A DNA stretch of 64,000 nt. Source: an uncultured virus (IMG/VR IMGVR_UViG_3300035670_000136) (lineage: Duplodnaviria; Heunggongvirae; Uroviricota; Caudoviricetes). The translations under genes were made by a program, and so were the position numbers. Each line of letters opens with the position of its first letter. Position 1 is the first letter of the stretch. The notes under the pieces are model-generated. The model was not told where the DNA came from. It searched no databases and saw only the letters and a program-made list of their open reading frames with translations. The stretch is from IMG/VR virus record IMGVR_UViG_3300035670_000136; one strand, given 5' to 3'. Shown piece by piece: positions 50,869 through 59,509 of the stretch.

Positions 50869-51566
50869 TGTGTGCGATAATTGGTGCAATTCTAAAACAA
50901 CCTACTGAATCTGACTGGAATGCTGTTAAAAAAGTATTCCAGCAGTCGGGAATTCGCGGTTTGCACGCAACAGGGGCATCCTTTCTTCTTCATTGGAATA
51001 AAGGCATCACCTCGTTCGTAGAACCTGTGCCTGTTGAAAAGTTTATACAAATTCATTTAGAAAAATCTGTCAAAGAGTTTGTAAATGAAGATGGTAATCT
51101 TTATATGATTGGGCATTGTCGCTATTCAACTTCCGATCTCGAATACAATCAACCCATATATAACGATCAATACTCTATTGCTCACAATGGTGTTGTATCT
51201 CAAGAGATGCCTGAGCGTTGGAAAGAACTGTACGGCTATGATTGCGTCACTCGAAATGATAGTGAATTGATTCTACAATCAATTACAGCAGGCAAGTCCC
51301 CATTAGAAGAATTTCCCGACTCTTCAATGGCGGTCGCCGAATTACATCGAGATAAGAAATTGCGCTTTTATCGAAATGGTAAGCGACCAATTTACTTTAC
51401 TCATATGCAGAATGGGTATATAATTACTTCTACGGAAGACATTGGTGTACGATCTTCAATCAAGCCAATTCAAATGCCAATGAACACTTATATGACTGTT
51501 GGTGATGATCTTACCTTGAATATGGTAAGAGTGAAAACAAAGAAACCTGATCTTCAGAATGCATAG
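50868..51566 (+). CDS. Class II (Ntn) glutamine amidotransferase domain protein
   Basis: Cys2 (MCAIIG), RG..ATG, GHCRYST, NQP, AHNG, DSE. Confidence 0.8.
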   Translation: MCAIIGAILKQPTESDWNAVKKVFQQSGIRGLHATGASFLLHWNKGITSFVEPVPVEKFIQIHLEKSVKEFVNEDGNLYMIGHCRYSTSDLEYNQPIYNDQYSIAHNGVVSQEMPERWKELYGYDCVTRNDSELILQSITAGKSPLEEFPDSSMAVAELHRDKKLRFYRNGKRPIYFTHMQNGYIITSTEDIGVRSSIKPIQMPMNTYMTVGDDLTLNMVRVKTKKPDLQNA

Positions 51567-52644
51567 AGAAAAAATTCTTCTTATTGATAACGTCTTTGCT
51601 CCATCTAAAAAAGATAGAATCTTAAATGGAGTGCAGAAATTCAGCAAAGCGCAGCGTGATGTGCTTTCTGAATATTATGACGTTTACTATTTGACTATGA
51701 AAGGGTCTGATATTCAATTTCAGAATCAGATCATACTTGATTGCATTCATGATGTTAATTTGCCAGTAAAAGATAAGCGTAAGTTGACTAAAAAGATTTC
51801 TGATGCAATTGTGAAAGTCATTAAAGAAGTACAACCTAATATTGTAATGGATAATTCTTGTAAACACTTAACGAGTATTTACAAACATTATAAAAACGGT
51901 GTTGTGTTTGATCACTATCATCGCCCTTCAATGCCACTTACTCCTGAAATTAAAAGTCGGTTTGATCGTAGAAAAGTCTATTGGTGTGGTGTTTCTAAAT
52001 GGCAGCATGAGCGTTTTGGTGGTTTGTTTGATGGTACAACTTCGGTTCATCTAGTTGAAAAGGAAGAACTACCAGTTGAACCGAAGCCTTATGCTGTGTT
52101 CGTTGGTCGTTGGGATAGTGGTAAGAAGCCACAAGTAATGATGCGTATGCATGGTAAGCATGCGCCGAAAGATTTCATTCTTCATGTCTTCACAACACTC
52201 AAGCATTGCTACATCAAGAAAGAAGATGAAAACAATATTGCGGCGTTGAAGAAGTATAAGAATATCAAATTCCACTTTGACGCACCTCGTGAAGAAATAA
52301 TGAAATGTATGCGTGAGGCTACTTACATTCTTGGTAGCGGTAAAGAATCTACTGGTATTGTATCAATGGAAGGCGCAACATTTGGTGTTCCATATATTGT
52401 TCTTGGTAGCGACTATGTTCCAGAGCAGGAACATATGCATCCTTTTTCAATGGCTCTTCTTGATCGTAATTTAGATATACCAACATCAGAACAATACAAA
52501 GCTGCTATTGAACGCTTCCAAAAATACACTCTGGAAGATCGAAAAAAAATAGCGAAATATGCTTTTGTCAGGTATAATAGAAAACAGTTTTTAATTAATC
52601 AACTTCGTCTTATTAACGACGTAAAGGCAAAATATGCATTATGA
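51559..52644 (+). CDS. GT-B (GT4-like) glycosyltransferase
   Basis: FVGRW...K.P; E-x7-E motif ESTGIVSME followed by G.P. Confidence 0.75.
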   Translation: MHREKILLIDNVFAPSKKDRILNGVQKFSKAQRDVLSEYYDVYYLTMKGSDIQFQNQIILDCIHDVNLPVKDKRKLTKKISDAIVKVIKEVQPNIVMDNSCKHLTSIYKHYKNGVVFDHYHRPSMPLTPEIKSRFDRRKVYWCGVSKWQHERFGGLFDGTTSVHLVEKEELPVEPKPYAVFVGRWDSGKKPQVMMRMHGKHAPKDFILHVFTTLKHCYIKKEDENNIAALKKYKNIKFHFDAPREEIMKCMREATYILGSGKESTGIVSMEGATFGVPYIVLGSDYVPEQEHMHPFSMALLDRNLDIPTSEQYKAAIERFQKYTLEDRKKIAKYAFVRYNRKQFLINQLRLINDVKAKYAL

Positions 52645-53599
52645 TAAAGCCAGTTTTACATACGGTGTTGAACTTGAATACGGCGATTCTTATCGCTTCA
52701 ATGAACTTCCAACTGGCGCAAAGTGGAACGACAAAGACAATACGTGTGTTAGTACCACAGGTATTGCGAATGACCCACTAGGTCTTTTGTACAAATATGG
52801 TGGTGAAATAAACACCAAGCCGACAGAAACTGTTAAAGAACAAATTGAGCACATTGCTGAAATCAATGCAATGCTACAACCTGCTCCTGTTGTAAACTAC
52901 AGAAGCAATCTTCATATTCACGTTCGTGTTCCTGGTCTTAAAGACGATCTAGATAGTTGTAAGAAACTGTTAAGATACATTAATGAGTTTCAACAGCAAG
53001 CATTTGATATTGTAGAGACTATTCCAGTTCCTAGTAAAAGTATGCTTGAGCCTGAAGTTTATGAATGGGCATTGAAACGAATGAAACGACGACAGAAGTC
53101 GCATCAATATAAGTTACCTGAGTCTCGCGTCAACGCAATGATGAACGCAAAGACAACTCAGGAGTTTTATGAAGAACATGCACCTCTAACTGAAAAGGGT
53201 CGTATGTGGTTCTTTTCGCCACGAGCAGGAATCAATCTTCGTCAGATGTGGGAAGAAACTAATACAATTGAATTTCGCCACTTCCCAGGCACTCTGGATA
53301 TGATTGAAATGGAATCTTGCATATGCTGGTGTCGTGAATTTCTAGACGCTGCATTAAATACAGAAAAGACTCCAACAGAAATATTTTGGGAAACGTCATA
53401 TAAGTTTCCTAAATTCCAACCTTATGAATTTGAAACTGAACAGATTTATCAATGGACTAATTTCGACGCTCACAGCCGTAAGATTGTTGAAAAAAGATTA
53501 AATGCATTGCGAGAAAAGATTGACATTGATGCTGTAGGTAGTATAAACTCAAAGGATATCTACCCGCATATGGTACAACTACGAGAGCAAGGTCTATGA
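52634..53599 (+). CDS. Putative amidoligase (COOH-NH2 ligase, Amidoligase_2-like)
   Basis: TYGVELE, GEINT, LHIHV, TIEFRHF.GT. Confidence 0.72.
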   Translation: MHYDKASFTYGVELEYGDSYRFNELPTGAKWNDKDNTCVSTTGIANDPLGLLYKYGGEINTKPTETVKEQIEHIAEINAMLQPAPVVNYRSNLHIHVRVPGLKDDLDSCKKLLRYINEFQQQAFDIVETIPVPSKSMLEPEVYEWALKRMKRRQKSHQYKLPESRVNAMMNAKTTQEFYEEHAPLTEKGRMWFFSPRAGINLRQMWEETNTIEFRHFPGTLDMIEMESCICWCREFLDAALNTEKTPTEIFWETSYKFPKFQPYEFETEQIYQWTNFDAHSRKIVEKRLNALREKIDIDAVGSINSKDIYPHMVQLREQGL

Positions 53600-54042
53600 A
53601 TGTTTTATTTGTATGTCATGGTAATATCAACCGCTCTGCTGCGGGTGAAATTATTTTAAAGAAAATGTGTCCAGATTGGAATGTAAAATCGGCTGCTCTT
53701 AAAGATACAAAGGGTAACGAAATCACTGCAAAGAAGATGCGCACCGCATTGAGTGAATCTGGGTATGATGGTACGGGTATTCGTTCAACCCCCATCTCGC
53801 AAGAGTTGATTGATTGGGCTGATGTAGTATTCTACATGGACAATAGTAACGAAAATAAACTTCGTGAGAAATTTGGCGAGGAAGTCTTCAATAAAGCCAC
53901 ACGAATTAGTTCGTTGATTAATGTTCCTAAAATCCCAGACCCTAACTTCGCACAAGGTAATGAATTACATAAGCAAGTGATTGTTATGTTAGAAGAAGCA
54001 TTAAAGGTTTTTATTCAGAAGCATGAATCTCCAGCGTCGTGA
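53596..54042 (+). CDS. Low-molecular-weight phosphatase / ArsC-fold protein
   Basis: VLFVCHGNINRS (CX5R P-loop), IPDP. Confidence 0.85.
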   Translation: MNVLFVCHGNINRSAAGEIILKKMCPDWNVKSAALKDTKGNEITAKKMRTALSESGYDGTGIRSTPISQELIDWADVVFYMDNSNENKLREKFGEEVFNKATRISSLINVPKIPDPNFAQGNELHKQVIVMLEEALKVFIQKHESPAS

Positions 54043-55036
54043 AGAATTCATACGCTGGTATGCATGGTCAATGAAATATGGCGACTGTGATCCAGCAGTA
54101 TGGATAACAAACTATCTTCATAAAAGATATGAACACAATAGTGAAGAGCGACTCTGGTTTGCTTGGTTGTATGGTAACACCTACCAATTGCCAACTGCAT
54201 GGGTTCTGAAAAATGAATTCCCAGACTATGAACTCGCCACTGTGGATCGTATCGAATGGTGGAATAGTCAAAATTATCAACGTTTGCGTTATCAAACAGA
54301 CACAAAGTGGAACAAAGGTCACTTGCCGACCATGTTCGCTTCTTACCAACAATTTATTGGCAAGAAAACTCAACGTGAGGTTCTAGAAAATTATTATGGC
54401 GACAACGAAACACAATCTTTCCACAATCTTTGGAATAATCTTAAGACTTCTCTTTACAAATTTGGTCGCTATTCCACTTGGTTTTATCTTCAGCATCTTG
54501 TTCATACTGCTGGCATTAACTGTGTACCTGACAGCCTCATGCTTGACGATTTTGCAGGGTCTCGTTCTCATCGTAATGGTTTGCATCTCGCCATCGGGCA
54601 AGACGACAAATATGATGTTAAACTCACTGCTTCAGAATGCGCAGACCTTGAAAGCATCGCCAAGGAAATTCTTGAGGAAACCCGATCTCGATTCCCTGAA
54701 TTGAATAGCCAGATAGACTTTTTCACGATGGAGACTTGTCTTTGTTCATTCAAGAAAATCTTTCGTGAGAATCATGGGAGATATCTTGGCTACTATCTCG
54801 ACCGCCAGTCTGAAGAAATCGTTCAAGCAGAAGGTGATGGTTGGAACGGTATTGAATGGAATGTTTTATGGCAAGCAAGAAATGAGACTTTAGATTCGAG
54901 GCTTGCCCCAAGAAATACAATTAACAAAGAAAAGTTTACTTACTATCTAAGAACAGGTAGAATAGAAAGACTTGACTGGTTGTTTAAAGATGAAAAGCCT
55001 GTATATGAAGGGCTGGAGGCGTTATGGCAAGAGTGA
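54023..55036 (+). CDS. aGPT-PPlase clade 2-like amino-acid:DNA transferase (HhH-glycosylase fold)
   Basis: ER.WFAWLYG.TY, FGRYS.WFY.Q.L, METCLC.FKK, RY.GYY.DR. Confidence 0.7.
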   Translation: MNLQRREEFIRWYAWSMKYGDCDPAVWITNYLHKRYEHNSEERLWFAWLYGNTYQLPTAWVLKNEFPDYELATVDRIEWWNSQNYQRLRYQTDTKWNKGHLPTMFASYQQFIGKKTQREVLENYYGDNETQSFHNLWNNLKTSLYKFGRYSTWFYLQHLVHTAGINCVPDSLMLDDFAGSRSHRNGLHLAIGQDDKYDVKLTASECADLESIAKEILEETRSRFPELNSQIDFFTMETCLCSFKKIFRENHGRYLGYYLDRQSEEIVQAEGDGWNGIEWNVLWQARNETLDSRLAPRNTINKEKFTYYLRTGRIERLDWLFKDEKPVYEGLEALWQE

Positions 55037-55593
55037 TTGCAATGGGTGGTGAACCTGCTACTGGTAAAACCACTTTAATTTTTAAATTGATTTCGATGGC
55101 TGACGATTGGAAAGTTGTAAAGCCACAAAAACTCCTAGATGCAATGTATTCTGAAAAGTTAAATTTATACATTCTTGGTAAGTATGAAAATGATGGTAAC
55201 GTTTTTCAGGGTACAGATCGTTTGTCAATGGCAGTTCAACCAGACGCTGAGAAATTCTTTAATGAACTCCCTAATGTAAATGTAATTTTTGAAGGCGATC
55301 GATTATTTAACGCAAAGATGTTAGATTTTCTTTCGGAAAAATTTCCTGAAGATTTTAAAGTCTTAATTCTTACAGTCAAAAATTCGACGTTAGATCAACG
55401 TCATATTGATCGTAAAGATGACCAAGATGATAAGTTTAAGAACTCTCGTAAAACTAAAATCTCAAATATTCGCAGTTCGCTAACTTTGATGGACTATATA
55501 GAAGTGATGGTAAATGAGAATCTCGACGACCAACAAAAGATTCTTGATAATGTTAAATCTTTTTTCAGTGGAGTGAATAATAATGCAACTTGA
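55024..55593 (+). CDS. P-loop nucleotide kinase-like protein associated with base modification
   Basis: GGEPATGKTT, GTDRLSMAVQP, FEGDRL. Confidence 0.7.
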   Translation: MARVIAMGGEPATGKTTLIFKLISMADDWKVVKPQKLLDAMYSEKLNLYILGKYENDGNVFQGTDRLSMAVQPDAEKFFNELPNVNVIFEGDRLFNAKMLDFLSEKFPEDFKVLILTVKNSTLDQRHIDRKDDQDDKFKNSRKTKISNIRSSLTLMDYIEVMVNENLDDQQKILDNVKSFFSGVNNNAT

Positions 55594-56380
55594 AATCTCT
55601 GTAGAACAACTTCGTAAGAAGAAACTATTCATAGCCACCCCTATGTATGGTGGTATGGCTCACGGTATGTACGTCAAGTCCAGTTTGGATTTGCAAGCAG
55701 TTTGTGCGAATTATGGAATTGAAACTCGATTCTCATATATCTTTAATGAATCACTCATTACTCGTGCGCGCAACTATCTTGTAGATGAATTCCTCCGTTC
55801 TGGATTTACTCATCTTCTCTTTATTGACTCTGACATTCACTTTGATCCGAAAGATGTCATCGCGATGCTCGCTTTGGATAAAGAAGTCATTGGTGGACCA
55901 TATCCAAAGAAGTCTATCAAATGGGGTGCTGTGATTGAAGCAGTGAAACGTAAACCAGAAATTACACCGCAAGAACTCGAAAAGGTTACTGGCGATTATG
56001 TCTTTAATGCTGTTGCAGGCACAGGTCAGTTTAACGTTGGTGAGCCGTTAGAGGTTCTGGAAATTGGGACTGGGTTTATGATGGTTCAGCGAGAAGTCTT
56101 TGGTAAATTTAAAGACGCCTATCCTGAATTCAATTACAAACCAGACCATGTTGGTCAAGCAAACTTCGACGGCACACGCTACATTCATGCATACTTCGAT
56201 ACAGTAATTGATCACGGTAAGAGCGATCGTTACTTGTCTGAAGATTATATGTTTTGCCAGTGGTGGCGTAAAATCGGTGGTAAGATTTGGCTTTGCCCAT
56301 GGATGAAGACGCATCACGTTGGAACATATGCGTTTACAGGTGATATGGGTGCAGTCGCTAACTATGTTGGATCTTTATGA
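55583..56380 (+). CDS. GT-A-like glycosyltransferase
   Basis: IATPMYGG, ESLITRARN, FIDSDI (DxD), GTGFMM, LSEDY.FC. Confidence 0.65.
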   Translation: MQLEISVEQLRKKKLFIATPMYGGMAHGMYVKSSLDLQAVCANYGIETRFSYIFNESLITRARNYLVDEFLRSGFTHLLFIDSDIHFDPKDVIAMLALDKEVIGGPYPKKSIKWGAVIEAVKRKPEITPQELEKVTGDYVFNAVAGTGQFNVGEPLEVLEIGTGFMMVQREVFGKFKDAYPEFNYKPDHVGQANFDGTRYIHAYFDTVIDHGKSDRYLSEDYMFCQWWRKIGGKIWLCPWMKTHHVGTYAFTGDMGAVANYVGSL

Positions 56381-56381
56381 G

Positions 56382-57038
56382 ATGCTTCTTTGCCCAGAAA
56401 GAAAAATAGGTGTATTTTATGTAAATAAAGTTGGCTCGACTACTTTATATGAATTATTTAAAACCTATACTGGTATTGGGACAAAGGTGCCAGGATATAA
56501 TATTCATGATCATTTGAATATTAATTTTTTGCCCAAAGAATACAAAAATTTTAAATTTTATGCATTTTATAGAAATCCTATAGATCGATTTTTATCTAAT
56601 GTAGATGAAACTTTAAAACAAAAGTGTGTTTCTCAAAAAATGTCCCTAGAAGAGTTTATCCATAAAACAAAAGATATAATTTTGGAGTTGAAGAATAAAA
56701 ATCTGAATGATGTTATAAGAACAAAACCAAATATGTACATAGAAGATCCTCTACGCAGGGGATTAAAATTGAGCATAAGTTGTGGTGGTTATTTTCCCCA
56801 AACATTTTGGTTTAATCATAATGATGTTGATTTGACTATGTTAAATTTTTCTAATTTTGAGATAGAAACTAAAAACTTGTTCAGTTTATTCAATATAAAT
56901 TTATCAATAACTGACATTCCTAGAAAAAATGTTTCTAAGACAAAAAGAAATTTGACTGAGAGTGACACACAATTCGTAAGAGAATTGTATTCTGAAGATT
57001 ATGATTTTTTTGAGAGTAAAGGTATAACATTCATATGA
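56382..57038 (+). CDS. Sulfotransferase family protein
   Basis: KVGSTT (5'-PSB), RNPIDRFLS (3'-PB), PQ..W, Y.EDY.FF. Confidence 0.65.
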   Translation: MLLCPERKIGVFYVNKVGSTTLYELFKTYTGIGTKVPGYNIHDHLNINFLPKEYKNFKFYAFYRNPIDRFLSNVDETLKQKCVSQKMSLEEFIHKTKDIILELKNKNLNDVIRTKPNMYIEDPLRRGLKLSISCGGYFPQTFWFNHNDVDLTMLNFSNFEIETKNLFSLFNINLSITDIPRKNVSKTKRNLTESDTQFVRELYSEDYDFFESKGITFI

Positions 57039-57706
57039 TAATTGGTTTAATTGGCTTTATTGGAGCAGGTAAAGGCACAGTTGCAGATCTCTTGGTAGAT
57101 CGTCATGATTTTGTCAAAGAGAGTTATGCAAACAGCGTCAAAGACGCCTGTGCCACTATCTTCGGTTGGAATCGTTCCATGCTTGAAGGTGACACTCCAG
57201 GATCTAGAGCATGGCGCGAGCAGCCAGACAAATGGTGGTCAGAAAAATTCGGTCGTGAGTTTTCACCAAGATTAGCACTCCAGCTAATGGGCACAGAGGC
57301 AGGTCGTGATGTATTTCACCCCGACCTCTGGGTTCATACTGTAATGCGTCGATGTGAACAGGCGCCATATCACAATTATGTCATTGCTGATGTTCGTTTC
57401 CCAAACGAGATTAATGCAATTGTAGAATCTGGCGGCAAAGTTATTCGCGTTCGTCGCGGCGATGAACCTGAGTGGTATGATCTTGCTAGAGAATGTAATC
57501 GTGGTCTTCACAGTCCAGATGTGATGCGCAATTCATATCCAGAAGTCCACCAATCGGAGTGGGCTTGGATTGGATCACATTATGATGTTGTTCTCGATAA
57601 CAACTGTACTTTGGAAGAATTGACTATAAGGGTTGATAAATTGATAGATTCGTTATATAATAATCGTGTTGAAGCAAATGAGGTTGTAAATTATGAAACT
57701 TTCTAA
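57035..57706 (+). CDS. Deoxynucleoside monophosphate kinase (T4 gp1-like)
   Basis: G.IGAGKGT, PR.ALQ.MGTE, DVRFPNE, H.SE. Confidence 0.85.
   Translation: MIIGLIGFIGAGKGTVADLLVDRHDFVKESYANSVKDACATIFGWNRSMLEGDTPGSRAWREQPDKWWSEKFGREFSPRLALQLMGTEAGRDVFHPDLWVHTVMRRCEQAPYHNYVIADVRFPNEINAIVESGGKVIRVRRGDEPEWYDLARECNRGLHSPDVMRNSYPEVHQSEWAWIGSHYDVVLDNNCTLEELTIRVDKLIDSLYNNRVEANEVVNYETF
57633..57661 (+). promoter_or_regulatory. Sigma70-type promoter for gp45
   Basis: TTGATA-N17-TATAAT. Confidence 0.6.
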
Positions 57707-58376
57707 TGATACTGTGACTATTTTGAAAAACTTTGCGTCAATCAACAGTGGGATTGTCGTCAAGCCAGGTAATAAACTTCGAACAATTTCCGCCAACAAG
57801 GCAATTCTCGCAGAAGCAACTGTTGCAGAAACCTTTCCGCATGAGTTTGGAATTTATGACTTGAATAAGTCACTTGGTCTTTTGTCGATGAATAAGAACG
57901 ACAATGAAGTAGAGATCCTACAAGACTTTCTCGTCTTCAAGAGTTTGAACGGTAAGGGTACGATTCGTCAGCGTTTCACCGCAACTAATCTTATTCTCTG
58001 CCCTCCAAACAAGAGCATTAACATTGCAGCATATGAAGTGAAGTTTACACTTCCTGCTGAAACTTTAAATTGGGTATTCAGTGTTGCTTCAATTTTGAAG
58101 TGTCCAAACGTTGTTGTAAGTAATGAAGATGGTAAAGTCGCGATTGCTGCAATGGACGTTAAAGGTGAAATCGTAGACGACGCAAAGGTCGTTCTTGATA
58201 GCGATACTGATACCAAATTCCAGGCAACTCTTAAGATCGAAAATCTTAAGGTCGTTCCCGATGAATATGTTGTTGAGATTTCTTCAGTTGGTGTTTCGAA
58301 GTTCCATAATGAGTCGAAGAATCTGACCTATTGGATTGCAATTGAAGCCGCTAACTCTACCTTCGGAGAAGAATAA
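57693..58376 (+). CDS. gp45: Sliding clamp gp45
   Basis: MKLS..T..ILKNFASIN, FGIYDL, YWIA.E. Confidence 0.92.
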   Translation: MKLSNDTVTILKNFASINSGIVVKPGNKLRTISANKAILAEATVAETFPHEFGIYDLNKSLGLLSMNKNDNEVEILQDFLVFKSLNGKGTIRQRFTATNLILCPPNKSINIAAYEVKFTLPAETLNWVFSVASILKCPNVVVSNEDGKVAIAAMDVKGEIVDDAKVVLDSDTDTKFQATLKIENLKVVPDEYVVEISSVGVSKFHNESKNLTYWIAIEAANSTFGEE

Positions 58377-58612
58377 TGGCACTTGATAAAGCAAAGGTTT
58401 TGGGATGCCTTCAAGAAATCTCAAACTCTCTCACTCGTATTGAGGCTGAGCGCGATCTGATTAAAGAGATTCTTCAGAAGATGCAAGACGAATGCGAGAT
58501 TCCCAAGAAGTTGGCTCGTAAACTGGCGAAAGTTTACCACAAGCGTAGTTTTGAAGAAGAAGTTGCCGAGCAGAACGACTTCGTTGAAATTTACGAAAAC
58601 GTGGCTAAGTGA
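58376..58612 (+). CDS. Small dsDNA-binding protein, T4 DsbA-like
   Basis: EISNS..RIE..RDLIKEI...KLAKVYHK..FEEE..E..F.EIYE pattern. Confidence 0.55.
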   Translation: MALDKAKVLGCLQEISNSLTRIEAERDLIKEILQKMQDECEIPKKLARKLAKVYHKRSFEEEVAEQNDFVEIYENVAK

Positions 58613-58710
58613 CTATATAATACTAAGAGGTGTAGCGTTCTGCTAATGGTACAATCCGCCAGACTGCCACCATGGGACTTCACCTTCCCCACCTCTTTCT
58701 TTTTGATTTG

Positions 58711-58778
58711 TATAAATAGAGATGTCCCTCGCGGAACGGCAATTCCCAGGGACCCTAATACTGCAAAGGAGTATCAGC
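58711..58778 (+). promoter_or_regulatory. Late promoter TATAAATA plus a two-hairpin leader occluding the RBS
   Basis: GTCCCT...AGGGAC stem enclosing GGAA/TTCC, then ATACT-GCAAAGG-AGTAT overlapping GGAG. Confidence 0.55.
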
Positions 58779-59159
58779 ATGTCTATTTATACATATAAGA
58801 CTCATAAGGCTCTCTGTAAATTATTCAATACAGAGTATCACGAAGACCCTTCATTCAGTGACCAACAATTGAATTGTGTTCCGAAAGATTCTACACTCAT
58901 AGAACCATGGAATAAAGGAAATGAACTGTTTATGGGTAAAAATAATCCCATGGCAGAAAGAACTGGCGAAAAACATTTCTTTTGGGGTAAGACTCATACA
59001 GATTCTGCGAAAAAAAGAATTAGTCTTGCTTTAGTTGAACGTATGAAGGATTATGAATACCGAACAGTTGAATGCCCTCATTGCCGTAAAGTTGGTGGCG
59101 TAAACAATATGAATCGGTATCATTTTAATAAATGTAAATCTTTGCAATGGAGTAATTGA
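58779..59159 (+). CDS. NUMOD3-motif / CPHC zinc-finger protein (homing-endonuclease-derived, no evident nuclease domain)
   Basis: PWNKG, G..NPM, FWGKTHT...K.RIS, CPHC...G...M.RYHF.KC. Confidence 0.65.
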   Translation: MSIYTYKTHKALCKLFNTEYHEDPSFSDQQLNCVPKDSTLIEPWNKGNELFMGKNNPMAERTGEKHFFWGKTHTDSAKKRISLALVERMKDYEYRTVECPHCRKVGGVNNMNRYHFNKCKSLQWSN

Positions 59160-59161
59160 TC

Positions 59162-59482
59162 ATGGCAACAAGACGTAATTTTTTCAAGTATCTTGGTCTT
59201 GCTGGTGGTGTAGCCACTGGTGGTGTTGTAGCCGCTGCTGCTGTTCTTCCTGATGCTGAGAAGTGTGAAGTGATAGAAGAAATTCAAGCTGCTGGTTACA
59301 ATGGTAAGTTGACACTTGGTAATGAATATGGTCAACTTGCGCCACCAGACGGTACAATCAGTTTTGGTCCAAAATTTGTTCCAGGAACGGAAAAGCGTGT
59401 AACCGCAAGTATGACCGTCGGTCCTGATGGTGAAATGTACTTGCTTACAAACGGGAAATGGCGTAGAATAGTGACTGAGTGA
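59162..59482 (+). CDS. Protein with twin-arginine (Tat) signal peptide
   Basis: MATRRNFFK followed by Gly/Ala-rich h-region and AAA. Confidence 0.6.
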   Translation: MATRRNFFKYLGLAGGVATGGVVAAAAVLPDAEKCEVIEEIQAAGYNGKLTLGNEYGQLAPPDGTISFGPKFVPGTEKRVTASMTVGPDGEMYLLTNGKWRRIVTE

Positions 59483-59509
59483 TTTATTATATTATGAAGG
59501 GGTTATATT

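Noticed and set aside
58722..58778. ORF-track start at 58722 for the NUMOD3 gene
   Set aside because: It lies 3 nt after the late promoter with no RBS; ATG 58779 has AAGGAG at proper spacing
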